Source of the DNA: the human T2T-CHM13v2.0 reference genome, Homo sapiens
Length of the DNA stretch: 64,000 nt
Reading direction: 5' to 3' (one strand)
Assembly (NCBI RefSeq): GCF_009914755.1
Contig: NC_060937.1
Shown one piece after another: positions 45,701-63,683 of this stretch. The notes beneath the pieces are model-generated. The model saw only the letters and a program-made list of their open reading frames with translations, did no database searches and was not told the origin of the DNA. How positions within the stretch are numbered: position 1 is the stretch's first letter; every line of letters begins with the position of its first letter. Both the position numbers and the translations under genes were made by a program.

Positions 45701-46085
45701 TTCATGAAAAGGTTTATGGTCAACATTACCTTATTCTGTTGCCCATGAAATAATGTTAAGAACATACTCAACCTGTCACTGTCTCTATTGTTGTGAGGCC
45801 TCACAACTGTCAGATTTTATCCCCACTTTATTCATGAGAAAACCAAGGTTCAGAGAGTTTAAGTTTCTTTTTTTTTTTTTTTTTTTTTTTTTTTGCTTTC
45901 TCAATTTCTTTAATTCTCTGTGAGGAGAAAAAGTTAATTTGAAGATGTTCTAGACCCCTATATTCAACCTCAGGATTTTGTTCTGAGTCATGATCTGGTG
46001 AATTTGGTCAAGACACAAAGGAAAGGAATAAAGATGCCAAAACATACAGAAAAGAGGCTCACAAATGTTGGCTAAGAGGGTTTAA

Positions 46086-46424
<339 letters not shown>

Positions 46425-46428
46425 TAGC

Positions 46429-46469
<41 letters not shown>

Positions 46470-46725
46470 TTATTATACTTTAAGTTCTAGGGTACATTTG
46501 CACAACGTGCAGGTTTGTTACATATATATACATGTGCCATGTTGGTGTGCTGCACCCATTAACTCGTCATTTACATTAGGTATATCTCCTAATGCTATCC
46601 CTCCCCCATCCCCCTACCCCACAACAGGCCCGGGTGTGTGATGTCCCCCTTCCTGTGTCCAGGTGTTCTCATTGTTCAATTCCCACCTATGAGTGAGAAC
46701 ATGCGATGTTTGTTTTTTGTCCTTG

Positions 46726-50510
<3,785 letters not shown>

Positions 50511-50564
50511 TATGATGTTAGCTGGTTATTTTGCTTGTTAGTTTCTTCCTAGCATCAATGGTCT

Positions 50565-50875
50565 TTACAATTTGGCATGTTTTTGCAGTGGCTGGTACGG
50601 GTTGTTCCTTTCCAAGTTTAGTGCTTCCTTCAGGAGCTCTTGTAGGGCAGGCTTCATGGTGAGAAAATCTCTCAGCATTTGCTTGTCTGTGAAGTATTTT
50701 ATTTCTCCATCACTTATGAAGCTTAGTTTGGCTGGATATGAAATTCTGGGTTGAAAATTCTTTTCTCTAAGAATGTTGAATATTGGCCCCCACTCTCTTC
50801 TGACTTGTACAGTTTCTGCCAAGAGATCAGCTGTTAGTCTGATGGGCTTCCCTTTGTGGGTAACCCAACCTTTCT
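50565..50875 (-). pseudogene. L1 ORF1 C-terminal remnant
   Basis: RREWGPIFNILREKNFQPRISYPAKLSF...YQPLQKHAKL. Confidence 0.95.
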
Positions 50876-51559
50876 AGAGAGTTTAAGTTTCTTAAAAGTA
50901 AAAAGTATAATGGGTTCAAGCACTTATTAAATGTCATCCTTCATATACTTTCCCTTTTGGCTCGGAGGCATAGAATTTCATTGTTCTTATTCATTAAACA
51001 CCTTCTTGTTATTTTGCTGTGTAATCTTATAAAACTCTTTACACATTCATCCCTCCCCTTAATGGTTAATATTGTATTTAAAGCATTTTTTCCCATGATA
51101 GCTATGACTCAGGAAAACTCTACAACATTCACATAACAAACTGAAGTGTTATTTTAGTAAGGCAAGAAGGTCTGATGAATAAAGGCAGCAAAAAGTGAAC
51201 AGATAATTAAATTGGTGTGCTGACATTGTGATTTTTGTTCTTGGTAGAGGTGTGGCTCAGAGGGCATTCTTGCAGGAGAACATCTCTTCTAGTTCAAAGG
51301 ACAAGAATTGAGTCTCATCAAATAAAAATGTGAAAACTGTTGAAACTTTATTAATATATGCTTCTCATTTGAGGTAAATCCTTTTAATCCCAGATTCCAC
51401 ATTATGGTCTAGGAAATTATAGTTCTGAAGCCTTGGGCTTTGGCTACCTCTAACCTGTGGTAGAAATCTAAACTAAAAGATCCTGCTGAGAAAAATCTTG
51501 AGTTGTATGGACTCCCTAATGCTTGACACATCAAATAAATAAATAAATAAATAAAATGC

Positions 51560-52230
51560 TCTAGAAAAATGTATAGAGTATAGTTTGCAGAAAAGTTGTC
51601 AACATTGATGAGGGTGGTTGGGCTTCCCTTTTCAAAGAGATGACTTTTAAACAAAGTTCTAAATGAAGAGAAAGAGACACCCCAAATAACACCTCAGAGG
51701 GAGGTTTTCTAGGCCTAGGATCATTAAGTCACAGCACAAGCTCAAAAAAGCGAGTGAGCATTGGGTGTTAAAGGAATACAAACAATGTCTTTGTGGATGA
51801 AGCCAAGCAAATAAGAAGAAGAATTAAAAGAGATAAAGTCCTAATAGATGAGGCCAAATTCTGTAGGACCTTGCAGGACATGATAAGGAATTTTATTTTT
51901 AACCTAATTACTATGGAAGCCATTGGAAGAAAATGATATAATTTGATGTCAATTTGGAGACATTATTCTGACTGCAAATGAACTATTTTAGCTAAGAGTA
52001 GAAACAAAGAGACCAACTAGAAGGCTCACATGCAGTCCAGGGAAAGATTGGAGGAAGTTATTAATGAGCGACTGCTAGGTTTGACATATATTTTGCAGCT
52101 AATGAACAAGAAGTTGAGTATAAGAACTTGAGAGGAATCAAGTGTAAACCCCAAGGTTGAGCCAGAGCTACTCAGTTGATGGTGATGCCATCAACTTATC
52201 TGGAGAAGAGTGACAGGAGAAGACATTTAC
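51560..52230 (-). mobile_element. Degraded L2 LINE
   Basis: 'gtaggaccttgcaggacatgataaggaatttt', 'ggaagccattggaag'. Confidence 0.55.
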
Positions 52231-53872
52231 TGTGTAAAGAAGACATTTACTATGTACCTTACCGATCCACTGGAATATCACTACCCTGAATTCATTTGCT
52301 TCCTTGTAAATATTTTTTATTCCTTACTAACACATCACTGGTGTATACAAAATACAAATATATATTAGCTGTGTCCATCATATAGAGTATAAAGCAGTAA
52401 CAGTAAACAGGAAATTCATATTTTGCTAATATGGATAACATTTGCAAGACACATCCAGATTCAAAATGAACTGAAAATGAAAATATAATCTTATTTAGAG
52501 AAACTCTAAATAAACTTTAATGACTGTATAAATTAGAAAATAGTTTACTGATGACAGAAAAATAGGGGAGGGGTAATTTCTTATTTTTCAAAAACGGAGA
52601 AAGATGACCTAAAGCACAACATAAAAATTTAATGCTATTGGACAGAATCTCTCGATTTATAAAAAGTAAAAAAAAACGGTAAAATGATCAGATGTATGTA
52701 CAAAGACATGAGGAAGAAGAATAGGCATGTTAGAAAAAATTATAACAAACACAAGAGTAGAAATAATTCAGGAGCTTTAAAGCTGTGAAATTTTTAAAAA
52801 CATATCACAGATCCTCTGTCATGATATATTATAAAAGTGAGTGAGGAAAAGGTGCCCTTTAGTAAATTTTTAATGCCGTGACAAATCTTATGATTATGGA
52901 AGTTCCTGCTCTTGTAAAACAAAAACAACCAGTGGGAGTCAAAATGGGAAGTTCACTGAGTATTTCAAAAAAAGAGAAGACTTCTGGAAGTAATAAATAA
53001 ATCTTAAAGCGCTGAAGAAAGGAGTATCGATGCATTAAATAAGATGTGTATGGAAAACTGGAAATAGTCAAGAGTGGCACATAATTGTAAACATCCACCC
53101 TGCAAAGAAAGGATAGCTTAATGATTGATCAAATTACCAGGTCTATTTCTCATGTATGCTTTGATCATCCACAGAAAAAAAGAAAGAAAAGAAAACAAAA
53201 AGAGAGAGAAGAGGATAGAATTAGAATTGGCACCAACATGTGGTAGAATGAGTTCAACTGACTTGAATTGAGCCGCTTTGAATTGAACTGCATTGAATAA
53301 AATTGAATTGAGGGATTTGTACTAATTGTGAATAGCTGGCTGTGTGGGGGAGTGGCTGGGTGACTAGCCAGGAGCTTTATACCAAAGCCAACTATGTGAG
53401 ATCGCTGCAGAGTGAGTGGAAAAATAAAATGAGGTTTCACTTGTAACAAGAATTAGATATTATGACAATAAAGTATAATCGTTAGACTAGCAGAAGAAAA
53501 AGCTATTTAGAGAAAAGGGAAAAAAAGTTGATACAAACAGATTCCATAAAGCAAAGAAAATGAGGACAAAAAAGACACGTAGGGATGAGAAATGTTGAAA
53601 AAGAAATCTATTGAAAGATTTAACATATTATTTATTATTTGATTTCACTATTTTCTAATTCATGGATAGATATTACCAACTCTAAGTCGAAATGGCTATT
53701 TTTTCTTACAGCAGTTGAATGTGATACACAAATCCTCATTCCCAAATGAGATGAGTCACTAAGGAAGGAATTGTCCATTGATGGCTCTTGAGCAATGGCA
53801 GAGCATCTCTGAGTGATCGCATTGAAGTTGACAATGTCCCGTGTCCTTTCTTTATAGCTTCACGTTCACTAT

Positions 53873-54969
<1,097 letters not shown>

Positions 54970-55039
54970 CTGTCTTCCTAAATTTAGAAGAACAAGAATG
55001 ATGAAAATCTGAGTTAGCTGTCTCATAAGTGTTAACTAG

Positions 55040-55790
55040 GAGCAAAGCATATTTGCTTAGAAATTTCTTCTTCCAGATACCCTAAATCATCTCACTGAAG
55101 TTCAAAGTTCCACATATCTCTAGGGCAGGGGCAAAAAGCTTCCAGTCTCTTTACTAAAACATAACAAGTTTCACCTTTGCTCCAGTTCCCAACAAGTTCC
55201 TCATTTCCATCTGAGTCCACCTCAGCCTGGATTTCATTGTCCATATTATTATCAGTATTTTGATCAAGGCCATTCAACAAGTCTTTAGGGTATTCCAAAC
55301 TTTTCCATGTTTTTCTGTCTTCTTTTGAGCCCTCCAGACTGTTCCAACCTCTGCCTGCTACCCAGTTCCAAATTCAATTACACATTTTTGGGTATCTTTT
55401 CAATAGTGTCCCACTCCTGGTACCAATTTCCTGTATTAGTCCATTTTCATGCAATTGATAAAAACATACTCGAGACTGGGCAATTTACAAAAGAAAGAGG
55501 TTTAATGTACTCACATTTCCACATGGCTGGAGAGGCCTCACCATCATGACAGAAGGTGAAAGGCATGTCTCACATGGTGGCAGATAGGAGAAGAGAACTT
55601 GCGCAGGGAAACTCCCTTTATAAAACCATCAGATCTTGTGGGACTTATTTACTATCACAAGAATACCATGGAAAAGACTTGCCTTCATGATTCAATTATC
55701 TCCCACTGGATCCCTCCCACAACACATGGGAATTATAGGAGCTACAATTCAACATGAGATTTGGGTGGGGACACAGCCAAACCATATAAC
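55040..55790 (-). mobile_element. THE1 (B/C-like) 5' LTR (55432-55790) plus truncated internal region
   Basis: 'gagatttgggtggggacacagccaaaccat'. THE1-int ORF remnant at 55092-55298 (DNEIQAEVDSDGNEELVGNWSKG). Confidence 0.88.
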
Positions 55791-57365
55791 CCTGGAAGAC
55801 AACCTATGTAGCATCATTCAGGACATAGGAAGAGGCAAAGATTTCATGATAAAGACAAAAGCAATTTTGCAGCAAAAGCAAAAATTGACAAATGGGATCT
55901 AATTAAACTTGCCAGGGTCTGACCCACAGACCCAGGCTGTGTGACAGATGAATAACATACTCAGACACCAATATTCAGTGAAAGCGGGCCAGGGGGCTGG
56001 ACCACTCACAGAAAGAGTTGTGGCAGCTGTGCACCCTAACTAGCTGGCCCTGCAGGCATTTATTCAGCACTGATTTAATGACAAAGGCTTTGAGTCAGCA
56101 CACCTGTGGGTAATTAATTGGGTTGGCCTCCCCCCGGGAGATCAGTCCTGCCCATGAATGACCAAAGGTCAGTCTTAAGACCACATAAGTAAAAAAGCTC
56201 TTCAGATAAACTCCCTTACATCCCTTTGTACCTACTCTAAACTATTAGTTGAAGGTAAGATGATTAGGCTGCTTTCAACCATAACCCTATCCTGAGGCTT
56301 TTGCAAAACCTTCCGGCCTTCCAAGAAGGTTTGTGTCTTTCTACAATTTTTCCCACCACCCTGACTGAACTCCTACGTAAACTAAAGAGCTTCTGCACAG
56401 CAAAGGATGCTGTCAAAAGTGAAACACACAGCTGATAAAACGAGAGAAAACTCTTGCAAACTGTGCATCTAACAAAGGTCTAATATCCAACATCTATAAG
56501 GAATTTAAATCTACAAGAGAAAAACCAAACCACCCCATTACAAAATGGGCAAAGGACATGAACAGACACTTTTCAAAAGAAGACATACATGTGATCAACA
56601 ATCATATGAAAAAAAGCTCAATATCACTGATCATTAGAAAAATGCAAATCAAAACTACAATGAGGTATTATCTCATGCCAGACAGAATGGCTATTATTAA
56701 AAAGTCAAAAACTAACAGATGCTGGTAAAGCTTCTGAGTAAAAAGAATGGTTATATGCTGTTGGTGGATGTGTAAATTAGTTCAATAATTGTGGAAGAGT
56801 GTGGCAATTTATCAAAAACCTGAAAACAGAAATACCCTTTGACTCAGCAATCCCAGTACTGGGTACTTGCCCAGAGGAATATAAATTATTCTATTATAGA
56901 CACATGCACATGTATGTTCATTGCAGCGCTATTCACAATAGATAAGACATGGAATCAACCTCAATGCCCATCAATGATAGATTAGATTTTTAAAAATGTG
57001 GTACATATGCACTATGGAATACTATGCAGCCATTAAAAGAATGACATCATGTCCTTTGCAGGAACATGAATGGAACTGAAGGCCATAATCTTTAGCAAAC
57101 TAATGCAGGAATAGAAAACCAAATACCACATGTTCTCACTTATAAATGGGAGCTGAATGATGAGAACGCATGGACACAATAAGGGAAATCACGCACACTG
57201 TGGTCTATCAGAGGATGGAAAGGGGGAAGAGGGAGAGGATCGGGAAAATTAACTAATGGGCACTAGGCTTAATACCTGAGTGATGAAGTAATCTGTACAA
57301 CAACCCTCTGTGACACAAGTATATCTACATAACAAACCTGCACATGTACCCCTGAACTTAAAAAT
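55791..57365 (+). mobile_element. Older L1PA 3' fragment, split by LTR22
   Basis: ORF2 C-terminal and 3'UTR motifs, colinear across the LTR ('ctaattaaact|aaagagcttctgcacagcaa'). Confidence 0.88.
55910..56377 (-). mobile_element. LTR22-like (HERV-K HML-5) solo LTR
   Basis: 6-bp TSD taaact (55904-55909, 56378-56383). Minus strand begins '..taggagttcagtcagggtggtgggaaaaatt'. Confidence 0.8.
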
Positions 57366-57786
57366 CTTGGTTTTGTCACAACTCAAAGTGGCATCAACAT
57401 ATTTACAAACTAGGAGACTCATTTTTTATCTGTAATTTGAGAAGTATAAATTACAATGATTTCTTCCTATTTTAGCTCAGACATTCTCTACATCACATTA
57501 TCTTTTGTATTTTTTTTTTTTTGCACAGGAATACTTTCCATTGTTATACTGGTAGTGAAAATTAATATTAATGCAGCATATGTATATTACAAATAACTGG
57601 TTCCTAGAATATAAAAAACAGTAATGTGTCAGGAAGATAAGCATATCCTAATATTAAATATTTTTTATTGAAGGATTCTAATAACTTACAGCAAATGAAA
57701 TATTTTGATCCACTTTAAAATGCAGTTTTAAATCATTCATGAAATGTTAGCAGAATTGCAAATATATGACACTTAAGTATCAGTCA

Positions 57787-58012
57787 CAGAGACTGGCAAT
57801 CTATGGCTGTGGTCAAAATTCAGTCAATTGCTCATCTTTCTAAACAAAGTTTTATTGGAACACTACTACATCCATTTGTTTATGAATTGCTTATACCTAC
57901 TTTTGCTGTATCATGGCAGAGTTGGCTAGTTTTGAGAGAGACCTTATGGTCTTATGGTCTGCACAGACTTAAATATACAACCTGGTCTTTTACAAAAATA
58001 TTTGCCTATCTT
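57787..58012 (+). mobile_element. MER58A-like hAT-Charlie element
   Basis: 'aaagttttattggaacac', 'atggcagagttg', 'tggtcttttacaaaaatatttgcc'. Confidence 0.75.
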
Positions 58013-60109
58013 TATTTTATTTTATTTTGAAATAAAATATACCACCATCATTGTTACTACAATGAGTAATTTTTATGTTAGGATAAATAGTACAAATATT
58101 TACTGAATATAAAGGCTATACTGAAAAAGAATACATCATGGTGCAATTTGATACAATAGACTTTAAAAAATTTTGAAGCTTTCACCTTGCTTAATATTTG
58201 CTCTGTTTTCTACCCTAAGCAAGTACTGCAGCTGCAATCTCAATCAACAACTTAGCCTTCTTAAAGTAACTTTGTAGGCTTCCCCTTCCTGTTGCATTGT
58301 TATAATTATATGGGTTAAATGCCTTAGAGATTTATCAGTCTTAAAATCATAGATTATTTATAAATCATTGCTTTGTTTTTTTTTGTATTGCCCCTTACAT
58401 TTTATTTCAAAGAAAATTAAGAACAAAAAATTATTTTATTAAAAATGAATTTAATCAGAGACACTTTTCTATTTTAAGAATACAATATTGAAGGCTTGCT
58501 TGGGTTCAAATTCTGTTATTAACAGTAAAGTAAGAAGTGATGCATTTGTGTTTCTGTGACCCAGTGTCTCTGCATGGGATCTGGGGTGTGGTAGAAATGG
58601 GTTGATGAGGGGAAAGGCAAAGTCCAAAGGGAAAAATTTCCCAGGCACATGGCAAGCCCCAGAAGTGATGGGCATAATTCTTTCAGAAAATCCAGTGTAG
58701 TGTTCTCCCTAAGGCCATAATGAAGTAAAATATTTTAATGATATGTTTGTGGATATCATCTACAGAAAAAAAGTGATGGTCTTGCAAGGAATGTGGGACC
58801 CATGAAGAATTATGCAGCAAAATTTGGGTATATAATTATATTTTTTAATCTTTAAAAATACAAGGTGCTTGAAATTGAGCATGAGTCTTTATTATGCTGT
58901 AATATATAAGTGGCCATTTTGCTACTAATATTTTTTACCTTTGTGCTTAACTTTCTCGATTCTTTTTTCCTTAACTTTAGTGTTGACACATGAGATATCA
59001 AATATCAAAAAATCTATACTTAAGTCTGACAGTGCATTTACATGCACTTAAGTGTATTTATCTGGAAAGCCCTTAAAACTCCCTGATTTGTACATAGATA
59101 GTTTTTTAAAAGTAATGTTCCCAATTATTCATTAGCTAATTTTTGATTATTATGGTCTAGTAGATAATTCCAAGGCCTTCCTTATTTACTTCTTCAAAAA
59201 AAAAGGGTATTTCCTTCAGTCACTATTAATATTATATTTAGAATACACTCAAATTCCAAAACTGTGCAGTAACAGAAATAGAGGAGAATTTAACACTTTG
59301 CAAAAGTATAGTATTTCTTGTGAACTGAAGCTAATTGGCCTACACAATGAATATGTATTTAGTTATATCTGGCAATAACTATATCACAATTCTTTTATAG
59401 TTAGATCAAGTTAGGACTTATACAATAAACAAGATGGTGATATGCAGAACCCTTAAAATGAGTCAGGGTTGGGAAGAATGGGAAAGATCAAGTCACAAAG
59501 TGGCAACACATATTTTCATATAAGGGGTCATTATTTTTAAGACATAAAACATATCAGTGTGCAATATATAGTCATATAATTTCTTGAGTTCCACCTAGAG
59601 TGGTTGCCTAAACTTTTCTTGTACAATTGATTAGAAGTTTTAATGTAATTCTTGCAAATCCTCCTTGAAGCCAGCAATTATAGCAACCCTAATTTCATAT
59701 AATGTTATATATCAAGATAAATATTATGTTAATTATTATGAATGCGAACACCTGGGTAATCTTTGAAATATTAATTCATTGTGCTTCTTAGACACTAGAG
59801 GAAGTGTCTGACTTAAAGGCAGCAACACTTTATAATTCTAATGCAGGACAAATAATTTTATGATATGTTAAAATTTTCCTACTAAAAAATAATCTTTATG
59901 TTGATATCAAAGTGTGGTATCCAGAGAAAGTAAGTAACATCATTCTAGGATGCCAACTTTCTTGCTAAAATTTTAATTTCCATGATTAGCATTCAATTCC
60001 TAAAATCTCTGTAGTCTGATTTTCATTTATGCATTTATTCATTTAACAACTTACATTCTGTTGGTGACATTCACATAACATTTTCTACTAGGAATTAATC
60101 TTTTAAATC

Positions 60110-61440
60110 TTTTATAGGTTTTTCGTGTTTGTCCCCATTTCTCCATGTTTGAAGGGTAATTTTTCTGGATATAATATTCTGGATTATATATAATATTAAA
60201 TATTATAACTCTATAATATTGAAAGAATTTTCCCTTCAGTTCTTAGAATATGTCATCCCCCTTTCTTCTAGCCTGTAATGTTTCCACTGAATATTTTGCT
60301 GCCAGATGTATCAAATCTCCTTTACATGTTATTTGCTTCTTTTCTGTTGTTGCTTTGAGATCCTTTCTTTATTCTTGACCTTTGTAAGTTTGATTATTAT
60401 ATGCCTTGAGGTAGTCTTATTTGGGTTGAATCTTCTCTGTGTGTTTTGACTTTCTTTCACAACAATCTCTCTTCTACCCCAATCTCTCTCTCTACCTCTA
60501 CTTTAAGGTAAAAAAACTCTTGGATGTGCCCTTTGGAGGCTATTTTCTAGATCTTGTTAGTGTTCTTCCTTCTTTTTCAAATTCTCTTTTCTCCTCTGAC
60601 TCTGTATTTTCATATAACCTGATGAGCTCACTAATTCTTCTGCTTGATCAATTCTGCTATTGGGAGACTATGATGCACTTTTCAGTTTATCAATAGAATT
60701 TTTCAGCTCTAGAATTTCTGCTTTTTTATTATTTCAATTTCTTTGTTAAATATCTCCCATAGGATTCTTAATTCCTTCTCTGTGTTATCTTGAATTTCAT
60801 TGAGCTTCCTTAAGACAATTATTTTGAATTCCCTGACTGAGAGGTCACATATATGTCACTCTGGGATTGGACTCTGGTGCCTTATTTAGTTTATTTGGTG
60901 AGGTCGTGTTTTCCTGATGTGCTTAATACTTGTGGACATTTGTCAATGTCTGGGCATCAGCGAGTTAGGTATTTATTCTAATCATTATAGTCTGAACTTG
61001 TTTATACCTGTCCTTCTTTGGAGGGATTTCCAAGAATAGAAGAATAGAAGCTTTCCAGCTTCTATTTTAGAAGCTGAATACTTGCTGTAACCATGCTCTT
61101 GGACTTTCCAGCCACCATAATTGTGAGCCAAACAAACCTTTTTTCAAAGGGCATTGAGTGTTGTAACCTAAACCTATAGTCACTGAAGCCATTTCTGCAC
61201 TATGGGGTGCTGTAAACCCAGGAACACTGCATCTTTCAGTCTCCTCGATAAACAACCTTCGTGGACTTAGGGAAGATGGGAAAATTTTCTGGCTTACCAG
61301 GAAAAATGTCTAATACTGTTTTTTCCTTTGACCTTTTGGTGCTCATGAAGATGCTTTCTGTGTCAATATTTGTTTGATTTGATGCTCCTGGAGAGGAATG
61401 ATAACTGGAGCGTTCTATTTGGCCATTTTGTTAAACCCTT
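60110..61440 (-). mobile_element. Old L1M ORF1/5' region fragment
   Basis: Antisense ORF1-like motifs ('gcctgtaatgtttccactga', 'gccttgaggtagtcttatttgggttgaatct'). Confidence 0.7.
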
Positions 61441-61934
61441 CTTCCTCTTTTGTGTATTTTAACCCATTAATTTAACACTGTAACCTATGAGATAAAAACT
61501 ATTATGAATAGGTTAATCTTCTCCACACCAAATTGAAAAGTGACAATGCTAATTCTTGAAATTCGGATGTTGGTTTCATAGTCTTTGTTTTATACCACTG
61601 CATTATTGGCAGCATATGAAGCATGCAGGAATGAATATATTTTAAAAGGCAGAGATCCAGTAATAAAAGTTGTATTCATTTACTAAAGTCCTGAAAGACA
61701 TTTTAGTTTCTAATGCTGTGCAAAATTTTAATATTGTAAACTGTGAGTTTTTTAACTTTGAAATACATCTATGCCTTAGTAAGGCTAACCTGTAAATTGC
61801 CAGAGTACTTAGCGCTTAACAATTTCTTACTACAATTCTAACTAATTTTTATAAATTCCAAAGAGAGAAATTCTTATTTCCTGTATACTAGGAGGAAATA
61901 TTTAGATATTGGCAGGATATTTAGGTAATCATAA

Positions 61935-62424
61935 GCTATGGTTTGAGTGTCCCCACCAAACTCATGTTGGAACCTTACTACCCAGTGCACCAATGTTGCG
62001 AGGTAAAACCTTTAGAGGTGTGACCTGCCTAATGGGAGGCATTTGGGTCATGGGGCTCCACTTTCATCAATGGCTTGATGTCACTCTTACAGTACTGAAT
62101 GAGTTTTTTGCTCTTGCTCTCACTCTTAAGGGACTCATTAGTGACTGCACTAATCCATGGGAGTGGATTAGTTCCTGCAAGAGCAGGTAGTTATAAAGAA
62201 AGGATGCCCCTCATGGTTTTCCCCTTCATATGTGTCCACTTTCCTTTTGACCTTCTACAATGTTATGACACAGCACAAAAGCCCTCACTAGAAGCTGGAC
62301 TGATGCTGGCACCATGCTCTTGGACTTTCCAGCCACAAAAATTGTGAGCCAAACAAACCTATTTTCTTTAAATATTACCCAGCCTTAGGTATTATGGTAT
62401 AGCAACACAAAGTGAATGAAGACA
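61935..62424 (+). mobile_element. MST-type (MSTB/C-like) MaLR solo LTR
   Basis: 'gctatggtttgagtgtccccaccaaactcatgttg...gtatagcaacacaaa..aagaca'. Confidence 0.85.
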
Positions 62425-62554
62425 TATACTTTCAAATGCTACCCATGGGTGTGAGAGGCAAGGTGTGTTTAAAATTATACCTATTAATGTGAAATACTCT
62501 TCAAGTACTTTATATTCCCCAAATGGCTTAATGAGTTGCATTCAATATATCAAC

Positions 62555-62990
62555 ACAGGTCCACCCCTGTCAGGAGACAGAAACAACCGATAGGTTTTTA
62601 TATGAAGAATTATTAACTAAGAATACTGTTGCTGTTAACTAGGCTATTGAAGAAGCAATCAGAGAACACTAGGTTAGCAGAGAGGAAGTAACTGCAACTG
62701 AGCTAAGACTCAGGAAACAAAGAAAGGAGATTGGAACATTAAAAATTGAAAAATTTAGAGAAGGGGTACTGTAGAGCTGAAACTCAAATCTCTGAGAAGC
62801 GTGTGTTCCCTGATGATGTTAGAGTTTTTGAGATAACAGAAGGAACTCATGGGTCTGGGATTTTAGGAGGGAGAGGCAGTTGGTGATGGCTCCAGATAGA
62901 AGCATTCTTCTATGGAGAACTAAGATGTGCATTCAGTGAAAGTCAAAGTTGAGACTCACCCACTTCCACCTCCTGATTTTCAGAACAGTG
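62555..62990 (-). mobile_element. Old LTR78-like element fragment
   Basis: 'gtcaggagacagaaac', 'tgttaactagg', 'gagctgaaactcaaatctctgag'. Confidence 0.55.
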
Positions 62991-63046
62991 TACTGCATTC
63001 TGGCTTATTGCCCCTTCTTCGCCCCTGCTTCCAGCAGGAAGCAGCT

Positions 63047-63325
63047 AGCCGCTCTGAGTGCAGGGTCCCCCGAGCCCACGCCCACCCAGAACTCACGCTG
63101 GCCCACAAGCACCGCACACAGCCCTGGTTCCCGCCCGCGCCTCTCCCTCCACACCTCCCGCAAGCTGAGGGAGCCGGCTCTGGCCTTAGCCAGCACAGAA
63201 AGGGGCTCCCACAGTGCAGTGGCGGGCTGAAGGGCTCCTCAAGTGCCACCAAAGTGGGAGCCCAGGCAGAGGAGGTGCCGAGAGCGAGTGAGGGCTGTGA
63301 GGGCTGCCAGCACGCTGTCACCTCA
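63047..63325 (-). mobile_element. LTR12 (ERV9) 5' segment
   Basis: Minus strand reads tgaggtgacagcgtgctggcagccctcacagccctcactcgctctcggcacctcctctgcctgggctcccactttgg..., the LTR12 start. Confidence 0.9.
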
Positions 63326-63502
63326 ATTCTCTTAGAATGTTGTTATTTTTGTTACTGGCACTGTAAGTGATTCTTGATTAGTTCATTTCACCTTTCTATT
63401 AGGACAACTGCTTCTAGAAGGGGCCCTGCAGTTGTAGTGTCCTCCAGATGGGAGCTCTCCAGACCAGGGGAAGTGCCAGAGGGTGGGTAGAAGTTGTTAG
63501 TT

Positions 63503-63560
63503 GAGACAATTCTTCTTTTTCCAACGTGGCCCAGGGAAACTAAAGGATTGGACACCCCTA
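63503..63560 (-). mobile_element. MER30 terminal fragment
   Basis: Reverse complement reads 'aggggtgtccaatcctttagtttccctgggccacgttggaaaaagaagaattgtct'. Confidence 0.65.
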
Positions 63561-63683
63561 CTATAGAATCATTATCCCTTTTTGGAGTAGCCCAGTGTCA
63601 GATCTATATTGATTCTTGAGAAGTTGCTACTAATTTACATGAATGAGGATGTCATAAAAAGAACAGGACATAAAGATTAGTTA

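Noticed and set aside
45245-45804. 167/174 aa ORFs (EGRK- and PSFL-rich)
   Set aside because: These are translations of the GGAA/GGAG repeat, which lacks stop codons.
52218-52258. Small tandem duplications (agaagacatttact.. x2; also ~19701-19727 and ~23768-23794)
   Set aside because: Common slippage micro-duplications with only two units and no spacer array, so not CRISPR-like.
53245-53312. Degenerate (TTGAA)n pentamer run
   Set aside because: Short low-complexity repeat, too short to call a satellite.
62927-63370. Overlapping GC-rich ORFs and apparent CpG island
   Set aside because: Explained by the GC-rich LTR12 5' segment.
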